A stretch of 64,000 nt of DNA. Source: Clostridium aceticum. Its GTDB lineage: Bacteria > Bacillota > Clostridia > Peptostreptococcales > Natronincolaceae. The position numbers and the translations under genes are program-made. Below, piece by piece: positions 18,901 to 27,392 of the stretch (its first letter is position 1; the number at the start of each line of letters is the position of its first letter). The notes beneath the pieces are model-generated. The model did not search any database. It saw only the letters and a list, made by a program, of their open reading frames with translations, and was not told the origin of the DNA. Location: contig NZ_CP009687.1 in NCBI RefSeq assembly GCF_001042715.1, forward strand, positions 733,418-797,417, given 5' to 3'.

Positions 18901-20504
18901 GTAACAAAGTAACAGATGAAATTGCCAAAGTGCGACATTCTCTGCCGGGTATTGATTTGATTTCTCCTCCGCCACATCATGACATTTATTCAATAGAAGA
19001 TTTAGCACAGTTGATCTATGACTTAAAAAATGCTAATCCTAAGGCACGTATTAACATAAAGTTAGCCGCCAGCACTGGTATCGGAACTGTTGCAGCTGGT
19101 GTAGCAAAGGGGCATGGAGAAATTATTACCATTAGTGGGCATGATGGGGGGACAGGGGCAGCTCCTATTAGTTCTATGAAATATGCAGGGCTTCCTTGGG
19201 AGCTGGGCTTAGCGGAAACACAACAAACCTTACTTCTTAATAACCTTAGAAGTCGTATTACCCTACAGGTAGATGGTAAGATGAGTACTGGAAGAGATGT
19301 GGTTATTGCGGCTTTATTAGGAGCAGAGGAGTATGGATTTTCTACAGCAGCTTTAATTGTCAACGGATGTATTATGTGTAGACGTTGTAACCTGAACAAG
19401 TGTCCTGTGGGCATTGCTACCCAAGAAAAAAATTTAAGAGAAAGGTTTAAAGGAAATCCTCAATATACAATAAATTATTTCACCTTTATCGCTCAGGAAA
19501 TAAGAGAAATTATGGCAGAACTAGGTTTTAGAGCCATTGACGATATGATAGGCAGGGTAGATTTGCTGGAGGCAAAAGAGCTTAAAGAGAGCAAGATAAA
19601 AAATCTGGATCTTGCATCTATCTTATACAGACCAGAGCTGCCTTCTAGGATTATTGGAAGATGTACGGTGCCTCAAGAACATAAAATAGAGGATGTATTA
19701 GATCGACAGCTGATAAAAACAGCAGCACAAGCATTAGATAGCCAGAAAAAAGTACAAAAAACCTTTAAGATTACAAATACGGATCGGACTATTGGTACTA
19801 TGTTAAGTGGGGTTATTGCAAAACAATTTGGTGAAAAGGGATTGCCAGAAGATACCATTCAGTACACCTTTAAGGGTTCTGCTGGTCAGAGTTTCGGTGC
19901 TTTTTGTGCTAAAGGAATTACGCTAAGATTAGAGGGAGATGCCAATGATTATCTAGGAAAAGGACTATCCGGAGGTAAGATTATCGTAACCCCTGCTAAG
20001 GAAGCCACCTTTGATACTAGAGAGAATATTATCGCCGGCAACACACTTCTCTATGGAGCTACCTCTGGTGAAGTATATATTAGTGGTGCTGTAGGGGGAA
20101 GGTTTGCTGTTAGAAATAGTGGTGCATTAGCAGTTGTAGAGGGAATTGGAAATCATGGATGTCAATATATGACGGGGGGTGTAGTTGTTGTATTAGGCAG
20201 TGTCGGTAGAAACTTTGGAGCAGGGATGAGTGGAGGTACTGCTTATATAATAGATGAAAATGATTTAGAAGAGAAAGTAAATCAAGAAATTGTTGATGTG
20301 GAAGTGCTACAGGATACACAAGACATAGCTTTAGTGAAAAGTATGATAGAAAATCATTTGAACTATACCAATAGTTCTAGAGCAAAAGAGATATTAGATC
20401 ATTGGGAGATCTATGGGAAACAATTTGTGAAAGTTAGTTCACCCTTATATAGAGATATCCTCAAAAATAAAGAGCATACTTTACTGCAAGCAGCTACAAT
20501 ATAA
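15954..20504 (+). CDS. gltB: Glutamate synthase large subunit (GltB): N-terminal class-II glutamine amidotransferase, central, FMN/Fe-S and GXGXG C-terminal domains
   Basis: 1516 aa. It has the Cys1-type GATase start (DNCGVGFIVN), an FMN-binding TIM barrel and 3Fe-4S cysteines, and a C-terminal GXGXG domain (GNHGCQYMTGGVVVVLG). No gltD small-subunit gene follows. Confidence 0.95.
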   Translation: MKESEGAGMGQYGLPVKQGLYDPMMEKDNCGVGFIVNAKGKKSNDILVKGLQILKKLKHRGAVGADPSTGDGAGILIQIPHEFLKEETHKLGIQLPKPGDYAVGMVFLPREPNARLFCEGLCEKILREEGQELIGWREVPVNEKECGESARATRPVVSQVMIARGNQTLEVFKRKLLIVRKCIQNTINAMKRPYTDAFYICSLSSETIVYKGQILGYKLEDFYIDLQSKLVETAIAVVHERYSTNTFPSWKLAHPYRYIAHNGEINTIRGNINWMHAREGVMRSQVFGEDFKKVLPVIEAEGSDSSSLDNTVEMFVANGHPIEHVMMMLIPEAWQRDAKMDKDKRGFYEYHARIMESWDGPAALVFTDGHKIGATVDRNGLRPIRYTITKNDLVIMASETGVIEVEPDNVVKKGSLQPSEMIVIDTKKRNILLDEEIKKEICTQENYGEWIEKNKLTLEDFEPSNEVRKMNKEVLLQNQKIFGYTEEEIKDVLSVMAKNKEEPISAMGIDMPLAILSKRPQLLFNYFKQKFAQVTNPPIDPIREKMVMSLLQYIGQHGQFIDEIEIEKKQPFIELEQPILTNAELEKLRHVYTEDFKAITLPMTFPIDSGESGLKTALDNLCKRAVENIKRGYNILVLSDTNIDLYNAPIPSLLALGAVHHHLIREKLRTQADIIIECGDARDVMHMALLVGYGAKAINPYLAFESIRHMINNKQMLKDIEVEEGYENYRYAIAQGLLKVISKMGISTLQSYHGAQIFEVLGLHQNVVEEYFAGTPSKLSGLDLDGIAQEVITRHTSANDMFQTGDKKLDEGGEFVWRPEGEYHMFTPKRVKQLQMACKNNNYEMYKEYAENINNSKEATATLRGLLKFKRGKSIAIQEVESIDNIVKRFTTGAISFGSISKECHEALAIAMNAIGGKSNSGEGGEDAKRYFSDINGNIRKSAVKQIASGRFGVTIDYLVNCDEIQIKMAQGAKPGEGGHLPGNKVTDEIAKVRHSLPGIDLISPPPHHDIYSIEDLAQLIYDLKNANPKARINIKLAASTGIGTVAAGVAKGHGEIITISGHDGGTGAAPISSMKYAGLPWELGLAETQQTLLLNNLRSRITLQVDGKMSTGRDVVIAALLGAEEYGFSTAALIVNGCIMCRRCNLNKCPVGIATQEKNLRERFKGNPQYTINYFTFIAQEIREIMAELGFRAIDDMIGRVDLLEAKELKESKIKNLDLASILYRPELPSRIIGRCTVPQEHKIEDVLDRQLIKTAAQALDSQKKVQKTFKITNTDRTIGTMLSGVIAKQFGEKGLPEDTIQYTFKGSAGQSFGAFCAKGITLRLEGDANDYLGKGLSGGKIIVTPAKEATFDTRENIIAGNTLLYGATSGEVYISGAVGGRFAVRNSGALAVVEGIGNHGCQYMTGGVVVVLGSVGRNFGAGMSGGTAYIIDENDLEEKVNQEIVDVEVLQDTQDIALVKSMIENHLNYTNSSRAKEILDHWEIYGKQFVKVSSPLYRDILKNKEHTLLQAATI

Positions 20505-20564
20505 CTACGCAGCTTAGGTAATTGCTGCTTTATAAAGGTTTGTAAGAAAACCATTGCTATAAAA

Positions 20565-20600
20565 GCATCCTTACTTTACTATGAAGAAGGATGTTTTTAT
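20565..20600 (+). terminator. Rho-independent terminator after gltB
   Basis: CATCCTT-N14-AAGGATG followed by TTTTTAT. Confidence 0.5.
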
Positions 20601-20774
20601 ATGAAAAAAGTGTTTTATGTACAATAGTGAGGGTATACAGTAATTGGGATTGTTACATAGAATCAAGATGCTGATGTTAATTTTATTGAGATATGTCTTA
20701 AAAATAAAACAACTGAGTTTTTCATATAGAGTTAGTATTTTTTAGTTAGTAGAATATACAAGGGGGAAAAGAAG

Positions 20775-21218
20775 ATGAGTATTACTATTAATTTTGAACA
20801 TTTGATTAAGGAAGTTACTAAATGTTGCTTAGGTGAAGAACAATGCAGTTCTTGTGAAAAAGATACTTGTTTAATCGGGTATTGCAAAAAAAGCCTTACA
20901 ACTTCTCTAAAGCAACATAATGAATTTATAGATGGTGGTATGGAGGAAATACCTTATAATGATACAAAAATTTACGATGATGAAATGATTGTAGACACCA
21001 TTGGTTTTCTTTTGAATCAGTGTAAAAATTGCAATCTCTATCATGATGAGGAATGTATTATTAATATTGTAAGAAGTGCCTTAGAAATTATACTGTTAGG
21101 AGAAGCCCAGGATTATAAAGGAAGTACATTATTTTATTTAGGAGATATTAAAAACGTTAATGAAGAAATAGCAGACAAAATATTCCAAGCTTTTCAGTGT
21201 AAAAAAAGTGCTTCATAA
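20775..21218 (+). CDS. Cysteine-rich hypothetical protein (multiple CxxC pairs, probable metal-binding)
   Basis: 147 aa. CCLGEEQCSSCEKDTCLIGYC and CKNCNLYHDEEC clusters. No recognisable family. Good RBS (AGGGGGAAAAGAAG ATG). Confidence 0.4.
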   Translation: MSITINFEHLIKEVTKCCLGEEQCSSCEKDTCLIGYCKKSLTTSLKQHNEFIDGGMEEIPYNDTKIYDDEMIVDTIGFLLNQCKNCNLYHDEECIINIVRSALEIILLGEAQDYKGSTLFYLGDIKNVNEEIADKIFQAFQCKKSAS

Positions 21219-21252
21219 CAATTTGAAACTTTAAAATATAGGAGGAGAAAGA

Positions 21253-21678
21253 ATGGAGAAGAAAAGTTTAACAGTAGAAAATGTAATCGGTGAAACAAAA
21301 GGAACAGAGCTAGAAAGAATTGTAAAGCAAAACTTTACCGGTGAAACTAGCGAAGTAGGGGTTTATCTCGCTATGGCTAGGTTAGCTCAGTGTCAAGGAT
21401 ATCCTGAAATTGCTGAAGTTCTAAAAACCATTGCATGGGAGGAAGCAGAACATGCGGCAAGATTTGCTGAATTTAACAGCATGATTCAAGAAGATTTGTT
21501 TGATAATATCAGACAGATGCTGGAAGGAGAAATCTTTGCAAATGAAGGTAAAAAACAAGCTGCAGATAAGGCTGCGGCATTAGGGCTAGATACAATAAGG
21601 GATTACTTCAATGAATCCGCAAAAGACGAGGCAAGGCATGCTAGAATGTTGGAGGGAATCTTAAACCGTTATAAATAA
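21253..21678 (+). CDS. Rubrerythrin-family / ferritin-like diiron protein (no rubredoxin domain)
   Basis: 141 aa. Two E...ExxH diiron motifs (EEAEHAARF and DEARHARML). Confidence 0.65.
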   Translation: MEKKSLTVENVIGETKGTELERIVKQNFTGETSEVGVYLAMARLAQCQGYPEIAEVLKTIAWEEAEHAARFAEFNSMIQEDLFDNIRQMLEGEIFANEGKKQAADKAAALGLDTIRDYFNESAKDEARHARMLEGILNRYK

Positions 21679-21715
21679 TATAAACAGGGACAGGGCTTTG
21701 TATGGTTATCTACGT

Positions 21716-21740
21716 ACAAGGTTCTGTCCTTGGTTTTCCT
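21716..21740 (+). terminator. Short hairpin + T-tract after the rubrerythrin-like gene
   Basis: CAAGG-TTCTGTC-CTTGG TTTTCC, nested in a larger GGGACAG/CTGTCCT inverted repeat. Confidence 0.45.
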
Positions 21741-21901
21741 TGCCTTACTTCCTATCTTTCTCTTTGACTGTGCATATGCTTAAAGCTTACGGGTAATAAT
21801 ACGAAAAAGTTGGTAGACAAATGAATATATACCTTTACGCTAATAGAATTTCTATGATAGAATAGTAGCAATATACTTATACAAGAGGGAAGGAAAACAC
21901 A

Positions 21902-22885
21902 ATGTCACTAATCAAAGAGAAAAAGGGAACATGGATTACATATCGACCTGATATTAAAGTTTTAGACTGTACCATTCGAGATGGCGGATTGATTAACAAT
22001 TATCAATTTGGAGAAGACTTTGTTCGTGCTGTTTATGATACTTGTGTAGAAATTGGTGTAGATTACATGGAAATAGGAAAAATTGCTTCTCCGAAGGTAA
22101 TGTCTACTAAAGAGTTTGGTCCTTGGAACTTTTGTCTAGAAGAAGACCTTAGAAGTGTTGTAGGCAGTAATGAAACACCGCTTAAATTAGCAGTGATGGC
22201 AGATATAGGAAGAACTTTTAAAGAAAATATTCGCCCAAGAGAAGACAGCGTCGTGGATATGGTGCGAGTTGCAGCCTATATTCATCAAATTCCAGCTGCT
22301 ATTGAATTAATTGAAGATGCGCATAGTAAAGGATATGAAACAACGATTAATTTAATGGCTATTTCAAAGGTATCAGAAACTGATTTAGACGAAGCACTTG
22401 ATATTTTTGCAAATACTAACGTGGATGTAATCTACTTAGTGGATAGTTTTGGTACTTATTATTCAGAACAAATTCATAGGTTGGTAAAAAAATATTTAAA
22501 TATAACAGAACAAGTGGGGAAAAAGGTGGGTATACACGCCCATAATAATCAGCAATTGGCCTACGCCAATACCATTGAATCTTTAATCATGGGTACAAGT
22601 TATCTAGATGCCACCGTTTATGGTTTAGGGAGAGGAGCTGGAAACTGCCCTTTGGAATTATTGATGGGGTTCTTGAAAAATCCAAAATACAACATTGTTC
22701 CGCTGCTTAAACTAATTGAAAAGTACGTAAAGCCGCTTCATTTAGAGATGAACTGGGGATATGATATTCCCTATATGCTGGTGGGCCAACTAAATGAACA
22801 TCCTAGAACAGCAATAGAGTTCATAAAAAATGATGAAAGAGACTTTGTGAAACTTCACAATACTTTGTTAGATATGCAACCTTGA
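21902..22885 (+). CDS. DRE-TIM metallolyase / HMGL-like (pyruvate carboxyltransferase fold) aldolase-family protein
   Basis: 327 aa. The N-terminal LDCTIRDGG motif is characteristic of HMGL-like enzymes (homocitrate synthase, 4-hydroxy-2-oxovalerate aldolase). HAHNNQQLAYAN is the metal-binding motif. Confidence 0.6.
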   Translation: MSLIKEKKGTWITYRPDIKVLDCTIRDGGLINNYQFGEDFVRAVYDTCVEIGVDYMEIGKIASPKVMSTKEFGPWNFCLEEDLRSVVGSNETPLKLAVMADIGRTFKENIRPREDSVVDMVRVAAYIHQIPAAIELIEDAHSKGYETTINLMAISKVSETDLDEALDIFANTNVDVIYLVDSFGTYYSEQIHRLVKKYLNITEQVGKKVGIHAHNNQQLAYANTIESLIMGTSYLDATVYGLGRGAGNCPLELLMGFLKNPKYNIVPLLKLIEKYVKPLHLEMNWGYDIPYMLVGQLNEHPRTAIEFIKNDERDFVKLHNTLLDMQP

Positions 22886-22937
22886 AGAGAATGGAAAGCC
22901 AAATACTATAGAAAGTTACCGAGATCTATTAAGACAA

Positions 22938-22990
22938 CAAAAAATCCAACAAAGCACACGATAATTTAGTGTTTTTGTTGGATTTTTTTA
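22938..22990. terminator. Bidirectional terminator between convergent genes
   Basis: AAAAAATCCAACAAA ... TTTGTTGGATTTTTTT. Confidence 0.6.
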
Positions 22991-23003
22991 TTTACTAAAG
23001 GGA

Positions 23004-23834
23004 TTATTGTCTTCCTCTTAAAAACTTAGCTTCCAGCCATACGATAAGCTGATACATTAAAGCTGTAGCAATTGCCAAAACAATAACTCCCGCCATCACG
23101 ATATCTAATCTAAATACTTGACCGCCATAGACAATTAAGTAACCTAATCCAGCCTTAGAAACAAGAAACTCTCCAACGATTACTCCTACCCAGGACATAC
23201 CAATATTAATTTTCATGGTATTTAGCATAGTAGGGATACTGGCAGGAAAAACAACCTTTTGTAGTATTTGAAATTTTGTAGCACCGAAGGTCATAAGCAT
23301 TTTTATTTTTTCTTCATCTACTTCTTTAAAACCATTGTAGGTGGCTAAAATCGTTACAACGAGAGAAATTGCTAGGGCAGTTACGATGATACCCCGCATG
23401 CCGGCTCCAGCCCATATGATAATAATAGGTCCCAGAGCAATTTTAGGTAAAGCATTTAAGACCACCAGATAAGGGTCTAGTACTTTAGCTGCAAAATCTG
23501 ACCACCATAACATAATGGCAGCAATTGTTCCTAAAATAGTACCTATAACAAAACCCATGACAACTTCAAAAACAGAGATAGCTGTATGTTTAAAAAGTGA
23601 GCCGTCTCGTGATAGGTTAATAATCAATTTAAAAACTTCAGAAGGTTTACTGGTGAAAAAAGAATCAATCCAATTTAGGGTAGCGGCGACTTCCCATAAT
23701 AGTAGAAAACCTAATAAAACACATACTTGAGACAACTTAATTTTTAAGCGATGCTGCTTAAGGGCTTTAAGATATTCCATATGACTGGAGGAGTGCAAAG
23801 TATTTCCAAAAGTTTTATTATTTGACATACACAT
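23004..23834 (-). CDS. ABC transporter permease, NitT/TauT (nitrate/sulfonate/bicarbonate) family
   Basis: 276 aa, 6 TM. EAA-like loop (ALPKIALGPIIIIWAG). Overlaps the ATPase gene by 17 nt. Confidence 0.8.
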   Translation of the reverse strand: MCMSNNKTFGNTLHSSSHMEYLKALKQHRLKIKLSQVCVLLGFLLLWEVAATLNWIDSFFTSKPSEVFKLIINLSRDGSLFKHTAISVFEVVMGFVIGTILGTIAAIMLWWSDFAAKVLDPYLVVLNALPKIALGPIIIIWAGAGMRGIIVTALAISLVVTILATYNGFKEVDEEKIKMLMTFGATKFQILQKVVFPASIPTMLNTMKINIGMSWVGVIVGEFLVSKAGLGYLIVYGGQVFRLDIVMAGVIVLAIATALMYQLIVWLEAKFLRGRQ

Positions 23835-24603
23835 CTAACTCCTTCCATATTTCATTAAAGTAATGTCTAAATTCCGGAGCTTCACGACACTTTAAGGGGG
23901 TACGCTCAGCACTGCAGGTTAATTTAATTTCGTGGATACTTTTGATGCTGGCAGGTCGTTTAGAAAGTACTAAAACTCTATTTGCCATGGATATGGCTTC
24001 TGCTATGTCATGTGTGACCATAATAGCGGTTTTTTTCTCCCTCTTTAAAATCCCTGCAATATCATCACTAACCGCTAAACGACTCTGATAATCTAGAGCA
24101 GAAAAGGGTTCGTCTAACAATAGTAACTCTGGTTCAATAGCAAGGGTTCGAATAAGAGCAACTCTTTGGCGCATTCCACCAGATAATTGATTAGGATAAT
24201 GGTTTTTGAAATCCTTTAAACCGTAAGTATCTAACAGCTTTGTAACCCTTTCAATACTCTCCTGATTTACTTTATTTTGGATCTCCAATCCAATTAATAC
24301 ATTTTCCATAATTGTGCGCCATTGAAATAAGTGATCACTTTGAAACATATATCCAATACTTCTATTAGGCCCCTCTGTTTGCTGACCATTTATAAAAACT
24401 TCTCCAGAGCTAGGCTTGACTAGTCCCGCAATAATTGATAATATGGTGGATTTACCGCAACCACTAGGTCCTACAATGGTAATAATTTCTCCTCTATCAA
24501 CATCAAAAGAAAGATGATCCAAAGCCTTTGTCTCACCATCTAGCGTATGGTAAGTTTTTAAAATATTTTTTATCTCTATGAATTTAGTTTCTTCCACAAC
24601 CAT
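23818..24603 (-). CDS. ABC transporter ATP-binding protein, NitT/TauT family
   Basis: 261 aa. Walker A GPSGCGKST, signature LSGGMRQRVALIR, Walker B LLLLDEPFSALD. Confidence 0.9.
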   Translation of the reverse strand: MVVEETKFIEIKNILKTYHTLDGETKALDHLSFDVDRGEIITIVGPSGCGKSTILSIIAGLVKPSSGEVFINGQQTEGPNRSIGYMFQSDHLFQWRTIMENVLIGLEIQNKVNQESIERVTKLLDTYGLKDFKNHYPNQLSGGMRQRVALIRTLAIEPELLLLDEPFSALDYQSRLAVSDDIAGILKREKKTAIMVTHDIAEAISMANRVLVLSKRPASIKSIHEIKLTCSAERTPLKCREAPEFRHYFNEIWKELDVYVK

Positions 24604-24939
24604 CCCTCCTTTAAAAATAAACCATAATAATAAATGTCATGTTATTATAGTATGACAGAAGAGAAATTGTGTTACTGAAAAGGGAACAAACTATTCTTTT
24701 TCTTAATTAAGGAGGTATTTTACAAGAAAATGTAGAAAAAGTAGTGCAGGGTAAAAAGTATTGTTATGTTGTTAAAGTAGTTGATGCTTATATAAAAGAG
24801 GGTAGTAGAGTGTTATATATAAAAAAACATAGATGACATAGAAAGGTATCCTTTAGGTTAGTGTGTTAATTATTTGTTCATAAGCAATGAAGATTTACTT
24901 TAGTAAAGAGATTTGAGAAAAGACAAGGAGGAAGCAAAA

Positions 24940-27003
24940 GTGTTTAAGAGTTTAACTGGTAAGTCAATCATATCCTTTGGCATTATCATAAGTATCATTT
25001 GTGGATTGTTTGGTATGGTGACTTATAGGATTGCTAAAAGTATTGTTGAGGAAGAAATAGAAAGTAAGTTACAACATCAAATGGCAGAGACGGTTTATGA
25101 AATAGAAAACTACTTAACTGCTCATAAAAAAACAGTTTATGGCCTGTCAAAAACCATTGCAGCTATAGGCAACAGCTTAACAAGGGAAGAGTATATTGAG
25201 CTTTTAACAAATTATCCTTTAGTTAATGAGCAGACTTTGGGCACAGGTGTGTGGTATGAACCCTATCAATACCGTGAAACAATAAAGTATTTTGGACCCT
25301 ATGCCTATAAAGATAATAACAATGTGATTTTTACCGAAGAATATGCTACAGAAGCATATGATTATGTTAGCTGGGACTGGTACACTATGGCCAAGGAGGT
25401 TGTAAATGATGTGGCATGGACAACACCCTATTATGATGAGCTATCAGGAATCATTATGATTACTGCTGCTGCCCCCTTCTATAATAAAAATAATGAGATT
25501 CAAGGCGTTGTGACTAGTGACATGGATTTAAATGTATTGTATGAGATTATCGATAATGTTAAAGTGGGCTATACTGGTAGAGCACATCTTATCGATGCTA
25601 CAGGGGTATATATTGTAACAGATGATGCTAAGAAGAGTATGGAGGTTTCCATTTTCCAAGATGAAAACCCTAGTTTTGCTGCAGAAAGTGAAGTGATTTT
25701 AGAGCAAATGGAGGGGAAGTTCCAGTTTGAAGATAAAGAGGGTACATACTACGCTTACTTTGCGAAAATACCTGAAACAGGATGGGACATTGTATTAACT
25801 ATTTCTCAAGAGGAAGCTGCTTTATCACTACTAAACCTTAAAAGAGGAATTTTATTAACCAGCCTCCTTATTTTAATTCTTGGTATCTTAGCTACGGTGA
25901 TGATAAGCAGATCTATCTCTAAACCAATGATCGATCTATCAAAGGATATTGAAAAACTGTCTAACTATGATTTAACTTGTGATGAAAAAGATGCAACAAT
26001 AAAGTATTTAAAAAGAGAAGATGAGATAGGAAGGATTGCAAAAGCCCTAACAACGATGCAAAATAGCTTTGTTGATTTAATCAGACATGTTTCTGATACT
26101 TCTCACCATGTAGCTGCTTCTTCACAAGAGTTGACTGCCACTAGCCAACAATCTGCACTTGCAGCAGATGAGGTAGCTAAAACCATTGAAGAGATAGCAA
26201 AAGGGGCGAATGAGCAGGCGAAGGATACAGAAAAAGGAGCAATATATATTAATAAACTAGGTAAATTAATTGAGAATAGTCATCTAGACATCAAAGAGTT
26301 AAATATCTCTACCGAAGAAGTAAATAGGTTAAAAGACGAAGGCTTTGATATTCTAAAAGATTTAGTGGAAAAGACAAAACTCAGTAATCATGCAACAAAA
26401 GAAGTACATCAAATTATTATGAATACAAACGAAAGTGCTGAAAAAATAGGAACTGCCAGTGAAATGATTAGGAGTATTGCAGAACAGACAAACCTGTTGG
26501 CGTTAAATGCAGCCATAGAAGCAGCTCGTGCTGGAGAAGCTGGGAGGGGATTTGCAGTGGTAGCAGAGGAAATAAGAAAGCTAGCAGAGCAATCTAATAG
26601 ATTTACAGAAGAAATTACTACAATTATTCAAGAGTTGGTAGATAAGACAGAATACGCTGTTGATATGATGGTAAATACTGAAAATATCGTTATATCCCAA
26701 ACAAATAGTGTTGCGTCGACACATGCAAAGTTTCAGGGAATTAATAGTGCAATTGAAAAGATTAACAAAATCATAATGGCTATTAATCAATCAAGTAAAG
26801 AAATGGAAAACAAAAAGAATGAGATGATAGAGATTATTGAAAATTTATCAGCGATCTCAGAGGAAAATGCAGCTGGTACAGAAGAAGCTTCTGCAGCAGT
26901 AGAAGAACAAACTGCTTCTATGCAACAAATCGCCAGTGCCAGTGAAGCCTTATCAAAGCTATCAGAGGAAATGCAGAACAGTATTTATAGATTCAAGTAC
27001 TAA
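24940..27003 (+). CDS. Methyl-accepting chemotaxis protein (dCache-like sensor, HAMP, MCP signalling domain); paralogue of the 878-2890 MCP
   Basis: The MCP core [44 protein letters not shown] is near-identical to the first MCP. The ORF track starts at TTG 24913, but the GTG at 24940 is preceded by AAGGAGG and is the more likely start. Confidence 0.9.
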   Translation: MFKSLTGKSIISFGIIISIICGLFGMVTYRIAKSIVEEEIESKLQHQMAETVYEIENYLTAHKKTVYGLSKTIAAIGNSLTREEYIELLTNYPLVNEQTLGTGVWYEPYQYRETIKYFGPYAYKDNNNVIFTEEYATEAYDYVSWDWYTMAKEVVNDVAWTTPYYDELSGIIMITAAAPFYNKNNEIQGVVTSDMDLNVLYEIIDNVKVGYTGRAHLIDATGVYIVTDDAKKSMEVSIFQDENPSFAAESEVILEQMEGKFQFEDKEGTYYAYFAKIPETGWDIVLTISQEEAALSLLNLKRGILLTSLLILILGILATVMISRSISKPMIDLSKDIEKLSNYDLTCDEKDATIKYLKREDEIGRIAKALTTMQNSFVDLIRHVSDTSHHVAASSQELTATSQQSALAADEVAKTIEEIAKGANEQAKDTEKGAIYINKLGKLIENSHLDIKELNISTEEVNRLKDEGFDILKDLVEKTKLSNHATKEVHQIIMNTNESAEKIGTASEMIRSIAEQTNLLALNAAIEAARAGEAGRGFAVVAEEIRKLAEQSNRFTEEITTIIQELVDKTEYAVDMMVNTENIVISQTNSVASTHAKFQGINSAIEKINKIIMAINQSSKEMENKKNEMIEIIENLSAISEENAAGTEEASAAVEEQTASMQQIASASEALSKLSEEMQNSIYRFKY

Positions 27004-27059
27004 GCCCATAGTTACTTTTGTAAAGCTTTAGATCTTTCTTGAAATATCCATGAGTTTTA

Positions 27060-27235
27060 AAAAAACAGCCCTGTGGTATAGGAGACCACTGAAAAAGTTA
27101 TTTTTGTCATCCTGAGCGTTAGTGAAGGATCTTAATTATATTGAAAACATAAGATTCTTCAACTTTGTTTCAGAATGACAAACAAAAAACTATAGTTTTT
27201 CAGTGGTCTTGTGCTATAGAGGGCTGTTTATATGT
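27060..27235. repeat. Composite palindromic element containing a family-1 core (nested inverted repeats)
   Basis: Outer imperfect IR AAACAGCCCT..GACCACTGAAAAAG / CTTTTTCAGTGGTC..AGGGCTGTTT. Inner IR TTTGTCAT.../...ATGACAAA. Core TTTGTCATCCTGAGCGTTAGTGAAGGATCTT. Confidence 0.65.
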
Positions 27236-27274
27236 ATTTTCAATGTGATAACAAGTATAACGTTATATAATATT

Positions 27275-27392
27275 CATTAGCGTTAACTTAAACCATAATT
27301 TGGCGGCCTTCGTTATCCCAAGATCCTTCGCTACCCTCAGGATGACAGTTCGAGAAAATTTTGGTAATAACTGTGTTAAGTTAACGCCTATG
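27275..27392. repeat. Full-length family-1 MITE-like element with 17-bp terminal inverted repeats
   Basis: CATTAGCGTTAACTTAA ... CAAGATCCTTCGCTACCCTCAGGATGACAG ... TTAAGTTAACGCCTATG. Near-identical in sequence and arrangement to 49903-50011. Confidence 0.7.

Noticed and set aside
17549-19414. ORF-track entries antisense to gltB (17549-17893, 19016-19414, 19673-19858, 20110-20319) and the small ORF 15950-16183
   Set aside because: They overlap the strongly supported gltB reading frame on the opposite strand and have no RBS or family resemblance. They are spurious.
24604-24939. Looked for a TPP (THI-box) riboswitch upstream of the NitT/TauT ABC operon
   Set aside because: No CUGAGA / ACCUGAUCUGGAUAAUGCCAGCG-type elements are present on the minus strand.
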